NCBI GenBank assembly: GCA_031549735.1
Contig: JAVBPF010000002.1
Location: forward strand, 19,790-83,789
Source of the DNA: Oscillospiraceae bacterium
Lineage (GTDB): Bacteria; Bacillota; Clostridia; Oscillospirales; UBA929
Direction of reading: 5' to 3'
DNA length: 64,000 bases
The position numbers and the translations under genes were made by a program. The notes beneath the pieces are model-generated. The model was not told where the DNA came from. It worked only from the letters and a program-made list of their open reading frames with translations, and searched no databases. Position 1 is the first letter of the stretch, and each line of letters starts with the position of its first letter. Below, piece after piece: positions 44,791 to 55,382 of the stretch.

Positions 44791-45500
44791 GACACCGGCC
44801 CCAGCTTACTGATGGGCCAGAGGCGCATCAATACCCGCCCCAGAATGTAGCGCTTATCGATGGTGCCGACTGTGGGACTGCGGCTGTCCAGACTGTCTCC
44901 CCTGTTGTCGCCCATTACAAAGACATGTCCCTCGGGCACAATGAGCGGGAAGGAAACGCCTTCGCTGGATGTGGTTGGAACTTTGATGTAGGGCTCGACC
45001 TGTAAGACATCATCGACCCACACCTCGCCCCTTTCAAAATCAATATCTACCTTCTGCCCGCCCACCGCAATGATGCGCTTGACCAGAGGGCGGTCGCTGT
45101 TTGAATCAATGCCGTCAAGATAATTCAGATGAAGGCCATGCTTGGTGAAAACCACGATGTCGCCCTGGGTGGGTTCATAAAATAGGTTGGAGATGAGGAC
45201 TTTCTCGGTGTTCATCAAGGTGTTTTCCATCGACCAGCCTTCCACGCCGATGACGCGCGCGACAAAAATGAAAAGGAAGCCTACAAAAATGATGGAGGTG
45301 ACCAGCGCCTGCGCCCAGTCAAACAGCTCGCGCCTGAAATCGCCGTTTTCCTTAGGCGGCGTCTCGGGTTCACCCTTTTCGTCATCGGAGGCCAAAATCT
45401 GCTTGATTTCGTCCAGTTCCATTCGAAAATCGGGTTTTGGCGTCTCTTCGCTGCGGGACGCTGGGGTCATGCGGTCGTTGTCGGGATGATTGGAATCCAT
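44787..45500 (-). CDS. lepB: Signal peptidase I (LepB type, Ser-Lys)
   Basis: GWSMENTL Ser box, VKRIIAVGG Lys box, MGDNRGDSLDSR; ~55-aa acidic N-terminal cytoplasmic extension. Confidence 0.9.
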   Translation of the reverse strand: MDSNHPDNDRMTPASRSEETPKPDFRMELDEIKQILASDDEKGEPETPPKENGDFRRELFDWAQALVTSIIFVGFLFIFVARVIGVEGWSMENTLMNTEKVLISNLFYEPTQGDIVVFTKHGLHLNYLDGIDSNSDRPLVKRIIAVGGQKVDIDFERGEVWVDDVLQVEPYIKVPTTSSEGVSFPLIVPEGHVFVMGDNRGDSLDSRSPTVGTIDKRYILGRVLMRLWPISKLGPVS

Positions 45501-45623
45501 AAGACGGCCTCCCTTTTCAATTCGTTAGAAACATGAGCTGTCGGCCTGTTGCGTAGGTTCTTCGGCGGAAATAGACGATTGAGGGAGACAGCGTCTCCCT
45601 CAATCCAAAGCGGCGAAGCCCGC

Positions 45624-45965
45624 TTAAATGTCCTGTTTGACCTTGGCTCGTTTGCCGACGCGGCCGCGCAGATAGTACAGCTTGGCTCGGCGCACCTTAC
45701 CGCGGCGCACCACGGTGATGTCGGCGATGTGGGGGGAATGCAGCGGGAAGACCTTTTCGACGCCGATGCCGTAGGACATGCGGCGCACAATGATGGTTTC
45801 CTGAATGCCGCCGTGCTTGCGGGCGATGATGGTTCCCTCGAAAATCTGGATGCGTTCGCGGGTGCCCTCTTTGATTTTCAGATGGACGCGAACGGTATCG
45901 CCGATGCCCATCTTGGGAAGTTCGGGCTTCATGTGCGGCTCGGTGAGCGCTTTAATGAGATCCAT
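45624..45965 (-). CDS. rplS: 50S ribosomal protein L19
   Basis: Start at ATG 45965 after AAGGAGGAAA (MDLIKALTE..); [32 protein letters not shown]. Confidence 0.95.
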   Translation of the reverse strand: MDLIKALTEPHMKPELPKMGIGDTVRVHLKIKEGTRERIQIFEGTIIARKHGGIQETIIVRRMSYGIGVEKVFPLHSPHIADITVVRRGKVRRAKLYYLRGRVGKRAKVKQDI

Positions 45966-46038
45966 ACCGGATTTCCTCCTTGCAAGGACATTCTTACCGG
46001 GAAAACCGGCAGAGGACTGCCCAAAATCATACTTAGGT

Positions 46039-46067
46039 ATTCTACCATTGCGCGACAGGGAATGCAA
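46039..46067 (-). promoter_or_regulatory. Sigma-A-type promoter for rplS
   Basis: Minus strand TTGCAT (46062-46067), 17 nt, TAGAAT (46039-46044) with upstream TG; ~65-nt leader containing CCGG-TTTTC-CCGG hairpin. Confidence 0.55.
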
Positions 46068-46180
46068 TGATTATTTTCTTGTTTTGTGAAAATTCTTATC
46101 AACCCGTCGAAAATATTCATCAACCCGGATTTGAAGCAGAGAAAGGGCGGCACGATTGGTACCGTGCGCTCAGCGGCAGC

Positions 46181-49100
46181 CTAGAACGGAAGAATCTGCA
46201 GCGGGAACACCGGACGCGCGGCCACGTCGACCTCTACGTCGATGTCGAGCGAGAAAAAATAGAGGTGAGCGCTGTCGACCGGACGGTCCAGCATGGCTTG
46301 CAAGACGTGGGCGTAGACCGACAGCTGCATGCGATAGCGCTCGACAAGCGCGTTCAGCCCGTCGGCGCCTACTCGATCGCTCTTATAGTCCATTAAACTC
46401 AATCGGCCGTCCGACACGCAATAGCAGTCGATCACGCCTTGCAGGAGCAAGTCCTCCTCGGGCCCGGACGCGAAAATGTCGCGAGAAGAAATGAGCTGAG
46501 AGAACTTGAACTCGCGCCGCACCTCCTGCGCCGTGCGAAGTGTTAAACCCAGCGGAGAGCCAAAGAAGGCATGCAGACGCCGCGCCTCGATGATTTGGTG
46601 CTGCTCCGGTGTCAGAATCCCTCTCTGCCGCAAACGGTCGAGCTCCAGCACAATATCATGCTCGTCCGACACGTGATCCAGCCGGATGTGTTGGAGTGCC
46701 AGATGCAGTGCAGTGCCGCGCTGGGCGGGCGTAAGGGGTTGGTCGGATCCAAACCGTGCGCGGCGGAACGTTTGCGTGCGCGGAGGCGCGCGCCCGAGCA
46801 TGTGCTCCGGGGTTCCGTCCAGCTCACGTTCGATCAGGCGGCCCTTCAATTCGGAAACCGTGACCTTCGAGGGCCAGAAGCAGGCCGGTTCAAAGGGATA
46901 GGAAAAGGTAAGCAGTCGCCGGAGTTGCTTCCCTGCCAGTCCCGCGCCATCGTCCTGAACCTCGGCCGGTGATTCGAACACCACCGGCCGTGCGGCGTCG
47001 ACAGACGCCGGCGGCGCTACCGTTTCCGCTTCGGAGGTGGGCTCATCCGGCACCGAAAGCTGTTTCAAAACGACGCGCATCGGCAAACCTTCTTCCTGCG
47101 CGGCGCAATGGCTCAGCCAGTTGGCAAACGAACGGCACTGCGAAACGGTTACATTGGACAGCGAGCCCTGCCACTTCCTGCACTGTGCCGCCCAGGTGTC
47201 TCTGAGCGCCGCCGATAGGATCAGCTTTTCGTGCGCGCGTGTCATCGCGACATAGAGAAGACGCATCTCCTCAGAAGACTGCTCCTCCGACAACCGAACC
47301 GCTATGGCGCGGCGCGCCAGTGTCGGATACTCGACGCGGCGGTCGGTTTCGCGGCGGCGGATGCCCAAACCCAGCTCGGAATGAAACAGAATAGGCGCTC
47401 TTTGATCCTCGGAATTGAATTTTTTGGCGCAGTCGGCGACAATGACAACCGGGTACTCCAACCCCTTCGAAGCGTGGATGCTGCACAAGGTCACACCGTT
47501 TTGTACGGCGTTCCGGCCGGGTGTACGCAAATCACTGTCCCGCAGCTTTCGAATCCAGCGCAGAAACGAGAAAAAACCGAACCGCGCCTGCGGAGCGCAC
47601 GCCAACTCCAGAAAAGCATGCCAGTTGGCGTCACCCCCGTCCGGATCGGCCGCCTGAAGTGTGGACGCCTTCAAATGAGCCCCGACGCGGCTGACCAGTT
47701 GATAAAGCGTTATTGACCGCGAAAGCCCCCGAAAGCGCTGTAGGTCGTCCACAAATCGCGCCGCCCGCTCATATATTTCCGCCGGAAGCGCACCGGGAAA
47801 GTCGTTCTCCGAGACTTCCGCTCGCTCCGCGTTTACAGCGCTGGCCGCGGCGCACAGAGCCTCATATAAACTGCCGTCGGGATGCCATTGACGAAGCGCG
47901 TACAGATTGTCAACCGAAAAACGGTAATTCGGCGCGGTTAGCGCGGCGGTCAGGGACAGCTCGTCTTGGGGGTTGTCAACCAGGCTCAAGAACGCGAGAA
48001 CAACCTTTATCTCGGGTGAATTGAGCGGGTTTTGCGTCTCGGAGCCGGCCACCGGGATGCCGCGTTCGTTTAGCGCCTGCGAGAAAGCGTGGCGTATGCC
48101 ACCGATGGAGCGCGCAAGGATACAGATATCAGCATAGTCAACCGGTTTCGTGCCGCCGTCATGATCGCTGACAGGGAATTTTGCGTCGATCAGCCCGCGG
48201 ATTCGGTCGGCGACCATACGAGCCTCTTCCAGTGCCAGCGACAGCTTCTCCTCGTCTTCATCGCTTTGGCGGGCAGCGCCGTCCAGCTCCAGCACAAGCA
48301 ACTCGGTCGCGTAATCGGCGCCGGTTTCGGGGAAGGAACCCTCGGCGCGCAGGTATTCATCCTCTGTATAGGAAAACTCGCCGCAGTCCTCGGTCATGAT
48401 TCGGGCAAACAGCCGGTTCACCGACGACAAAACCTCGAGACGGGAGCGGAAATTGCTGGTCAACCGCACCTTCCGTCCGGGCAAAAATGTGTGTAACAAA
48501 TCGGCTTTGCAGTCTTTTTCGGGTTCGACCTGTGCTTGGGCCTGCTCAGCCTCATCCGAAACGTCGGCAAAGGTCTTGAACTTGTGGAGAAAGATACCCG
48601 GATCGGCCAGACGGAACCGATAAATCGACTGCCGCACGTCGCCGACCATAAACAGATTGCCGCCCCCGCGGGAGACCGCCTGAATGATCCTCTCCTGCAA
48701 GGGATTGATGTCCTGATATTCGTCCACCATAATTTCAGCGTACTGCGCCGCAATCTTTTGGGCGGTTGGGGTTGCGCCTGTGCCGCTCGACGGGTCGACC
48801 AACAGTGACAGCGCCAGCTGTTCCAAATCGGAGAAATCAACGCGCCCCAACCGGTGTTTTTCGCGGCGCAGTCGTTCCTCAAAGCGCAGGACAAGAGCCG
48901 TCAGGCCGGAAATCACCGGCGCGGTGGCCAACCGGTCTACCTCATGCAGGGCCATTGGCCCGGCCATGAGCCCAAGAAGCTCCGCCTGCGCCTTTTTCCA
49001 TGCGTTGCGCGCCATCTGCACGTCGGCCAGCCACGCTGTATCCTCAAACTTCCGCACCGAACCCAGGCGCGGATGCTCAATCCGTCGGAGCGTCTCCCAA

Positions 49101-49936
49101 GTCTCATCCCAACCCCGCCCGGCCGCCGCGCGAACCTCGCCGCAATCGGCGGCGGCGGCGGCGAACACCGGCGCATAGGCTTGCTCCACCGCCGGATATT
49201 CGGACAGCATAGAACGGACACGCGCAAGCGCCTGCCCATGGTGTCCGGCCAGGCGGCGCACCTGACGCAGCACGAGCGCCGCGTAAACAGTCCAAGATTC
49301 CCGGTAGGCGGCATCCTGCGCCTCCAGCCAGCGGCCGGGGTTAACGTGGCTGCGCGCCTTGTCGAACACGGTCAGTGCCATGTTTATCAACGGTTCATCG
49401 CCCCGCGCATCGCAGACGGCGCGTTCCAGGTCGGCAAAGTGCGGCAGGGGTTCCGACCGCTGTGCGGCGCTCCCCTTTCCGGACAGCAAAGCATATTGCT
49501 CGTCAAGCAGATCGGACAGCACCGCGCGCTGCATCATAGCCCGTTCGGCGTCATCCATGACACGGGTTTGGGCGGGCAGCAGATCGAAGCTGTTCTCTCG
49601 CAGAATCTTCTGACAGAACGCGTGTATGGTCGAGATCTGCGCGCGCCGCAAGCGGGACAGCTGCCGCCGCAGATGCCGGTTGTCCGGCTGTTTGGCCAGT
49701 CGTGCGCCGATGGCGCCGCGAATGCGCTGTCTCAGTTCGGCAGCAGACGCCTTCGTATAGGTGATGATGAGAAATTCGTCGATGTTTCGCGGACAGACGG
49801 GATCACAGATCCAGCGCATCAGCCGCTCGACAAGCACGCGCGTTTTGCCCGAGCCCGCGCCGGCCGAAACCAGAAGCGCCGATCCGCGCGTGGCGACCGC
49901 CCGTTCCTGTTCAGGCGTCAGTGAAAAACCGCTCAC
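46181..49936 (-). CDS. addA: Helicase-exonuclease AddAB, subunit A
   Basis: 1251 aa; UvrD-type N-terminus LTPEQERAV..SAGAGSGKT, VDEYQD, C-terminal RecB-family nuclease (GVIDCY..DYKSD). Confidence 0.92.
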   Translation of the reverse strand: MSGFSLTPEQERAVATRGSALLVSAGAGSGKTRVLVERLMRWICDPVCPRNIDEFLIITYTKASAAELRQRIRGAIGARLAKQPDNRHLRRQLSRLRRAQISTIHAFCQKILRENSFDLLPAQTRVMDDAERAMMQRAVLSDLLDEQYALLSGKGSAAQRSEPLPHFADLERAVCDARGDEPLINMALTVFDKARSHVNPGRWLEAQDAAYRESWTVYAALVLRQVRRLAGHHGQALARVRSMLSEYPAVEQAYAPVFAAAAADCGEVRAAAGRGWDETWETLRRIEHPRLGSVRKFEDTAWLADVQMARNAWKKAQAELLGLMAGPMALHEVDRLATAPVISGLTALVLRFEERLRREKHRLGRVDFSDLEQLALSLLVDPSSGTGATPTAQKIAAQYAEIMVDEYQDINPLQERIIQAVSRGGGNLFMVGDVRQSIYRFRLADPGIFLHKFKTFADVSDEAEQAQAQVEPEKDCKADLLHTFLPGRKVRLTSNFRSRLEVLSSVNRLFARIMTEDCGEFSYTEDEYLRAEGSFPETGADYATELLVLELDGAARQSDEDEEKLSLALEEARMVADRIRGLIDAKFPVSDHDGGTKPVDYADICILARSIGGIRHAFSQALNERGIPVAGSETQNPLNSPEIKVVLAFLSLVDNPQDELSLTAALTAPNYRFSVDNLYALRQWHPDGSLYEALCAAASAVNAERAEVSENDFPGALPAEIYERAARFVDDLQRFRGLSRSITLYQLVSRVGAHLKASTLQAADPDGGDANWHAFLELACAPQARFGFFSFLRWIRKLRDSDLRTPGRNAVQNGVTLCSIHASKGLEYPVVIVADCAKKFNSEDQRAPILFHSELGLGIRRRETDRRVEYPTLARRAIAVRLSEEQSSEEMRLLYVAMTRAHEKLILSAALRDTWAAQCRKWQGSLSNVTVSQCRSFANWLSHCAAQEEGLPMRVVLKQLSVPDEPTSEAETVAPPASVDAARPVVFESPAEVQDDGAGLAGKQLRRLLTFSYPFEPACFWPSKVTVSELKGRLIERELDGTPEHMLGRAPPRTQTFRRARFGSDQPLTPAQRGTALHLALQHIRLDHVSDEHDIVLELDRLRQRGILTPEQHQIIEARRLHAFFGSPLGLTLRTAQEVRREFKFSQLISSRDIFASGPEEDLLLQGVIDCYCVSDGRLSLMDYKSDRVGADGLNALVERYRMQLSVYAHVLQAMLDRPVDSAHLYFFSLDIDVEVDVAARPVFPLQILPF

Positions 49937-52900
49937 GATTCATCGCTCCCTTCCTCCGACAGCCTCTGCCACACCTCCGGGGGTCTCAGCGTGGGGAGAA
50001 ACCGCACGCGTTCTTCCCGTGCGGGGTCAAACAGGCAGACCGACGCAAAGTCACAGGAATCACAGGGCGTTTGTCCGGAAACCCCGGTCGGGGTGCATCG
50101 TACATCGCCAGAGCGCATCAGTTGCGCCGTGTCGTTCATGATCCTGGTCACGTGTCGGGAAAGAAGCCCGAACTGTGAGGCTGTCGCCACCGAGGACGTG
50201 GCCGACAGAGCGCCGCTTTTGTTGTAACTGAGCGGAAGTGAGGCTCTGCCCCGGTCGCGCGCCATCGCGTCGATCACTTCCTCGCTGTCAAGCAAAAGCC
50301 CTGAACGGACGCTGTCCTCCTGTTGCCCCGCTTGATATTCCGCGTCGGAGGGTCTCGACTTCATTGTCAAGGCTTTTGGCTTCACAGGGACATAGAGCAC
50401 GCCGGCCGGACGAATAACCGGCGCAAGAGTGCCGTATTGCCCGGACGAGGTCAGCGTGAACAGATAATGGAGCATTTGCAGGCCGAAGCCGTGGTAGATA
50501 TCGCTCAAGCGGAACTTTTTTACGCCCGTTTTATAGTCGATCACGCGCAGATAAAGCGTGTCGCCATTCTGCCAGCCGTCGACCCGATCGGCTATCCCGC
50601 CCAAGCTGCCTTCCGAGTGTCCGGACAGGGAGAGCTCCACATCAAGCGGCGCAAAATCGCTGTCGGCCAGCTCTCTCGCCGTGTCGCCGACGATATCGTC
50701 CATGGCCAGGCGCAAATGCGCAAGCTGCGCCAACGCCTTGGGACGCATTCCGGACAGCGCGGCTCTATCCCGTTCCTGCGCAAAGGCCTGCTCGGTGAGG
50801 TCATGGAGTTTCTGTTCCGATACCCGGCGGAAGCCGCCCTCCCGCATCACGGCCCGGGTGACCTGCTCTAAAACGCTGTGCGTCAGCAGTCCCACATGAA
50901 GCGGTTCCCACTCGGCCGGCTTCAGCGGCCGGAGTTTTAGCCCGTAGCGCAGCAGATAGGCATAATGACAGGTGAGATAGGTCTCGAGCCGCGTGACCGA
51001 AAGCGGACGGTTGTCGGGCAGCAATCCTGTGTGGACAACCGCTTCGGGCGGACGGCCAGGCGCAGCGGTCAGCCTGGAGAAAGCGGGCAAACCCTGCCCG
51101 GCTTCCCGTGCCCGTTCGGCGGCGGGATGAGAGGGATGGCACTGCAGCCAATCCGCACAGGGCGTGGGCGCGGCGGTATACAGGTCGATTTCATCGACCT
51201 CGGATACGGGAGTTGTCAGTCGTTCCGACAGCCAGTCGATGACAAAGGCGGGCGGGCTCTCCTCATCGGCTGTACTCCGCAGCGGATGGAACAGGATGAG
51301 CTTTTCGGTGACGCGCGTCAGCGTTTTGTACAGCACCCGCAGTTCCCTGTCCTGCCTCTCCTGCCAAGTTTGGCCGTAGGTCAGGCCGAGCGCGCTCATC
51401 TCCTCCCGGCTGTCGTCGTCGAGCAGACCCTGCGCCTCTCCCGCGCCGGGAAAAGCCTCCTCCGTCATGCCCAGCACAATACCGCAGCGCGTCTTGTGCG
51501 CGCGGGAACGGTCACAGGAGCCGCAGACCACGCGGTCGATGGACACCGGGATGGAGCCGACCTGATAGGCCGACAATGTCAGCAGAAACAGATCCCTGAA
51601 CTCCGACAGTTCAGTGGGGTTGTCCGCCAGAATGGCGGCGCACTGGGTGAGCGCCGAGACGACAATGTCCCAGAGCTGCTCGGTCTCCTCGGCTTCCTTC
51701 AGCAAATGAAGCGAGCGCATTTCCGCGCAGGCATTCTCCAGCCGTTCGGGCAGATGGGTGATCTCGAAATATTGATTCAGCGCCACGGCGCGATGCCGTG
51801 CTGTCCGCACGCCGGTCATTTCGGCCATGAGCGCGCGCAGCGGCTCGGCCACAGTCTGTCTTGTCTCGTTTAACCGGGTCAATTGCGCCCTGTCCTCCGG
51901 CGTCCATTCGGAGACCACTCCGCGCGGATGATGATTCAGATCTTTTTCCGAGAGAAAGCGGCGTCCGTGCAGCGCCCAGACCAGCATATATCGAGCCAGT
52001 TCATCGGCCCTGTCCTGCGGAACGTCCAGCAGACCGTCCTTGAGCAGGCTCATCAGAGCATCGAAGGGCGCCCGATACAGCAAAACGTCCAGCACCCAGC
52101 GCACATGCAAAAACAATGGCTTTTCGCCGACGGCGTCCATTTCATCGAAGAAAACCGGGATGTCGTACTGAATGGCGGTCTGCTCCCAGACGTCCCGGTA
52201 CTGGCTCATATCGTGCGCCGACAGGGCAATGTCGCGGTAGCGATACCCCTCCAGCGCCACCAGACGACGGATGCGCGCGGCCGCCGCCCGGCACTCTTCA
52301 GCCGGAGAGCGGGCCCGCCAAAGCTCGATACCGGAATCAGCCGCCGTTGACGCGGGAGCGTCATCCTCAAACGCGTGCGCCCGGATAAACCGGATGCCGG
52401 GCGGAACCGGCGCGATATCCTCGGCCAGCGTTGTTTCATGGAAGGGGCACGGAACCGAGGCAGCCAGTGAGGCCAGGGATTCCTTTGTGCGATGCAGCGT
52501 GGCAAACAGCTCGTCGCCGGCGGGACGGCAGGGACTTAAGCCGACCGTGATGTCGGCGACTCGGGCGATTTGCTTGATCACATCCAGCTCCTGACGGCTG
52601 AAATCGGAGAAACCCTCCAACCACCAGACACTGCCCGGCAACAGGGTGGCCTGTGGCAGACGTCCGGCGGTCAACGTCAGCGGGTCGCGTGGGTCGAGCG
52701 CACCGGTCAATGTCTCGGCTTCATAGCTTTCCAGCAGCAGCGCGATGTCGTGGTAACGGTCGGCCGACGGGCCGGATACGGCATCCGAAAGATCTCGGAA
52801 GTCCTGTATGGTTATTCGGTCGCATTTGATTTGATCAATGGTGCGCATCAGACTTTGCAGAAAATCGGGCTTGCGGCAGACCGGCCGGAAGTGCCGCAGG

Positions 52901-53202
52901 TGATTTTGAACGTGACTGACGGCGCGCCAGAGCGTGAGAAGCCGCCCGCCGGCATCCAGCACCAAAGCCTGTCCCGTCTCAGACAGCACACGGTCGGCCA
53001 GCCGGCTGAAGGTGAGCACCTCGGCGTACAGGGAGATGGAAGCGCCGCCCCATACGCACAGTTGGCGCTCCGCCTCGTGGGAGTACTGTTCGGGCACAAG
53101 CAAATAGGTGCGGCCGTCCTGGCCTTGGGCGCGCGCAACCAGGCCGGTGAGTAATGCCTCACTGACCTGGTCGTCGGTATGACCCCAAAGCAGGGATACC
53201 AT
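49933..53202 (-). CDS. addB: Helicase-exonuclease AddAB, subunit B
   Basis: Start chosen at ATG 53202 after GGGGAGGGGA (ORF track 53229); C-terminal nuclease IDYKTG and Fe-S Cys cluster (C...CDSCDFASVC); 4-nt overlap with addA. Confidence 0.88.
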   Translation of the reverse strand: MVSLLWGHTDDQVSEALLTGLVARAQGQDGRTYLLVPEQYSHEAERQLCVWGGASISLYAEVLTFSRLADRVLSETGQALVLDAGGRLLTLWRAVSHVQNHLRHFRPVCRKPDFLQSLMRTIDQIKCDRITIQDFRDLSDAVSGPSADRYHDIALLLESYEAETLTGALDPRDPLTLTAGRLPQATLLPGSVWWLEGFSDFSRQELDVIKQIARVADITVGLSPCRPAGDELFATLHRTKESLASLAASVPCPFHETTLAEDIAPVPPGIRFIRAHAFEDDAPASTAADSGIELWRARSPAEECRAAAARIRRLVALEGYRYRDIALSAHDMSQYRDVWEQTAIQYDIPVFFDEMDAVGEKPLFLHVRWVLDVLLYRAPFDALMSLLKDGLLDVPQDRADELARYMLVWALHGRRFLSEKDLNHHPRGVVSEWTPEDRAQLTRLNETRQTVAEPLRALMAEMTGVRTARHRAVALNQYFEITHLPERLENACAEMRSLHLLKEAEETEQLWDIVVSALTQCAAILADNPTELSEFRDLFLLTLSAYQVGSIPVSIDRVVCGSCDRSRAHKTRCGIVLGMTEEAFPGAGEAQGLLDDDSREEMSALGLTYGQTWQERQDRELRVLYKTLTRVTEKLILFHPLRSTADEESPPAFVIDWLSERLTTPVSEVDEIDLYTAAPTPCADWLQCHPSHPAAERAREAGQGLPAFSRLTAAPGRPPEAVVHTGLLPDNRPLSVTRLETYLTCHYAYLLRYGLKLRPLKPAEWEPLHVGLLTHSVLEQVTRAVMREGGFRRVSEQKLHDLTEQAFAQERDRAALSGMRPKALAQLAHLRLAMDDIVGDTARELADSDFAPLDVELSLSGHSEGSLGGIADRVDGWQNGDTLYLRVIDYKTGVKKFRLSDIYHGFGLQMLHYLFTLTSSGQYGTLAPVIRPAGVLYVPVKPKALTMKSRPSDAEYQAGQQEDSVRSGLLLDSEEVIDAMARDRGRASLPLSYNKSGALSATSSVATASQFGLLSRHVTRIMNDTAQLMRSGDVRCTPTGVSGQTPCDSCDFASVCLFDPAREERVRFLPTLRPPEVWQRLSEEGSDES

Positions 53203-53604
53203 GGTGCGTCTCCCCTCCCCGCGTGTCATGACAAAGAAAAGTACTGCTATATGCCCACATAGATGTCACTTTTTAGGTGTTGCGTTAAACGGAGGACGTG
53301 ACTTTCTTCACGCCAAGAAAGTCACCAAAGAGGCGTTTTGGGGACGCGAGGTTTGCTTTCCGCTCAAACCGTTCTGCACAAACGCTGTCATCCGGGCTTT
53401 GCCGGTTGTCACACAACCTCCGAACCGTTGAGATCAAAGGTCTTCGGGCAGCATGGTCCTGGTTTCAGCCTGTCTCCCTGAGTAATGATGCCTCGTACGG
53501 TTTTGTTTCCGCAGGACGCGCTGTTTTTGCGCAAATCATTTTTTGAATCAATATGTATGCTTAATTAAGCAAAGGGAAGCGTTGAGTTATTAGATATGCA
53601 AAAC

Positions 53605-55116
53605 TCAGTCGAGAGTATAGGTTTCTCCGGTCTCGATGACGATGGTGTTTTCCGACCCGAGCCAGGAAATGTTGAAGTCGAAGAGTTCGCCGATGTCGCG
53701 CAGTTTGAAATAGTTGTTGCCGCGGATCAAACACGTCTTGAGGTATACCTGCTGTCCGTCAAGCCAAATGGCGGATTTGGTGGGCACCGGTTTTTGAACG
53801 CCCGGGCCCTTGCCCTCCATCTCGCCGCCGACCGGCGTATAGGGAAGACCGCCGGTAAGGGTGATGGTGTTGCTCAGACCGTCCCAATCCACCTCGAACT
53901 TTTTTTCCGTTTCGGTGAGTACATAGGCGATATCACGCAGTTTGAAATAGTTGTTGCCCGCGATGTAATAGGAGTCAAAGGCGATTTCCTCGCCGTTGAC
54001 ATATACCGTCGAGGTGGTCGGGGTGGCGGTCAGATTGGACAGGCTGTTGAGCACGCCGAAGATCAGATTCTTGCTCTTGGGCCAGTTGACCATGTCCGAA
54101 GTGTAAAACTTGGCCATTGTGGACGAATCGGCCGTGTTGTAGGCGGCAAATTCCAGGCAGATACCCGGGCGGCTAAAGCGATAGCGGAACCAGTTCTCAA
54201 AACCGCCCGCCCAACCGTCCCAAGCGCTGGCGGTGCTGGGCATGCGCGTGTAACCGGTGATCTGCGAAATCGTTTTGGAGAGCGCCTCATCGCCGGGCAC
54301 AGCGCCGTTTTTGTTGTCGCGCCAATATAGGATCTTGCCCATCACATGACAGCTTACCAGGTGCTCGAAGGGTACCGATTCGCATAGCGCAATCAACGCC
54401 TTGGTCTCGGCCTCGCTGCCGGCGGACGGACCTTTATAGTACAGGTAATTGCTGTTAGAGACGTCGTTGCGGTTCTTGGCCCAGTCAAAGGGGAAATTTC
54501 GGTTGAGATTGACGCCGTTGGCGTTGCTTTTCCATGTCTTGCGGTTGGATACCGTGACGTTGGATTCCCCCCGATCGGTGACAATGTCCACGCCATCCGG
54601 ATTGGTCATCGGAACAATGTAGATGGTGAACTCCTCGAGCAGCCACTGTACTTTTTCGGCGGTATAATCACCGTATGATGCGTGATTGGTGTACGCATTG
54701 GCATACTCCTCGGCCGTCAGCATCAGAAAAGCGGAGGTGACCACCTCTCGGGAGTGCATTGCCCCGGCCCATAGAACGGCGCGCTTGCCCTTGCCCAGCT
54801 TGAGCAGTGGAATGTCCTTGCCCAGCTCGCTCTGGCCGATGTATTCCAGCTGGATGATGTCCGGATAGTTATTGGTCAGTGTGAGCACATCTTCATTGAG
54901 TCGCGTACTTGTATAGGGCGTCAGCGGGTCGACCACGCCCAGCTCTGGAACGGTCGCGTCCATAGCGGTGGTCAGCACGGCGGGGAGGTCGCCGGTCATG
55001 TCGGCGTCCGCCTCGGTTTCCGCCGCCAGCGCCATCGGCGCCATCATCATAAATATGTAACACACCAGGAAGGAAAATACGGAGATTTGTTTCTTTTTTC
55101 GATTCAGATTCTTCAT
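53605..55116 (-). CDS. Secreted M14 zinc carboxypeptidase (gamma-D-glutamyl-meso-DAP peptidase-like) with two C-terminal copper-amine-oxidase-N-like 'stalk' repeats
   Basis: Start at ATG 55116, 7 nt after GGAGG. Signal peptide ends MAPMALA/AE. M14 motifs HSRE(V) and NPDG are present. Two repeats carry GNNYFKLRDI(A/G). Confidence 0.82.
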   Translation of the reverse strand: MKNLNRKKKQISVFSFLVCYIFMMMAPMALAAETEADADMTGDLPAVLTTAMDATVPELGVVDPLTPYTSTRLNEDVLTLTNNYPDIIQLEYIGQSELGKDIPLLKLGKGKRAVLWAGAMHSREVVTSAFLMLTAEEYANAYTNHASYGDYTAEKVQWLLEEFTIYIVPMTNPDGVDIVTDRGESNVTVSNRKTWKSNANGVNLNRNFPFDWAKNRNDVSNSNYLYYKGPSAGSEAETKALIALCESVPFEHLVSCHVMGKILYWRDNKNGAVPGDEALSKTISQITGYTRMPSTASAWDGWAGGFENWFRYRFSRPGICLEFAAYNTADSSTMAKFYTSDMVNWPKSKNLIFGVLNSLSNLTATPTTSTVYVNGEEIAFDSYYIAGNNYFKLRDIAYVLTETEKKFEVDWDGLSNTITLTGGLPYTPVGGEMEGKGPGVQKPVPTKSAIWLDGQQVYLKTCLIRGNNYFKLRDIGELFDFNISWLGSENTIVIETGETYTLD

Positions 55117-55382
55117 TCTCATGCCTCCAGCAGAAAACGTTTGAGCCGCCAGCTGTTGTCGAAACTGTTCCTGTGGAAACGGCCGTCGCTTTTGATTATA
55201 TCACAGGATATGAAAAAAGACAGCGTTATGTCTACAGGGATTTCAGGGGCATTCTGGGAGGTAGGGTGCCGGGCGCTCCACGTGCCGGGAAAAGACGCGG
55301 CAGCGCCGGGTTGGACGTTAAAGAGCCCTCGACCCGCAGGCCGAGAGCCCCTCCGTCAATCACAAACGAAACTTCGACGGCA

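Noticed and set aside
53230-53604. The gap as SRP RNA, 6S RNA, tmRNA or RNase P RNA
   Set aside because: None of the conserved core motifs I know is present, such as GGAAGCAGCC for SRP or GAGGAAAGTCC for RNase P. The region is retained only as a low-interest unexplained region.
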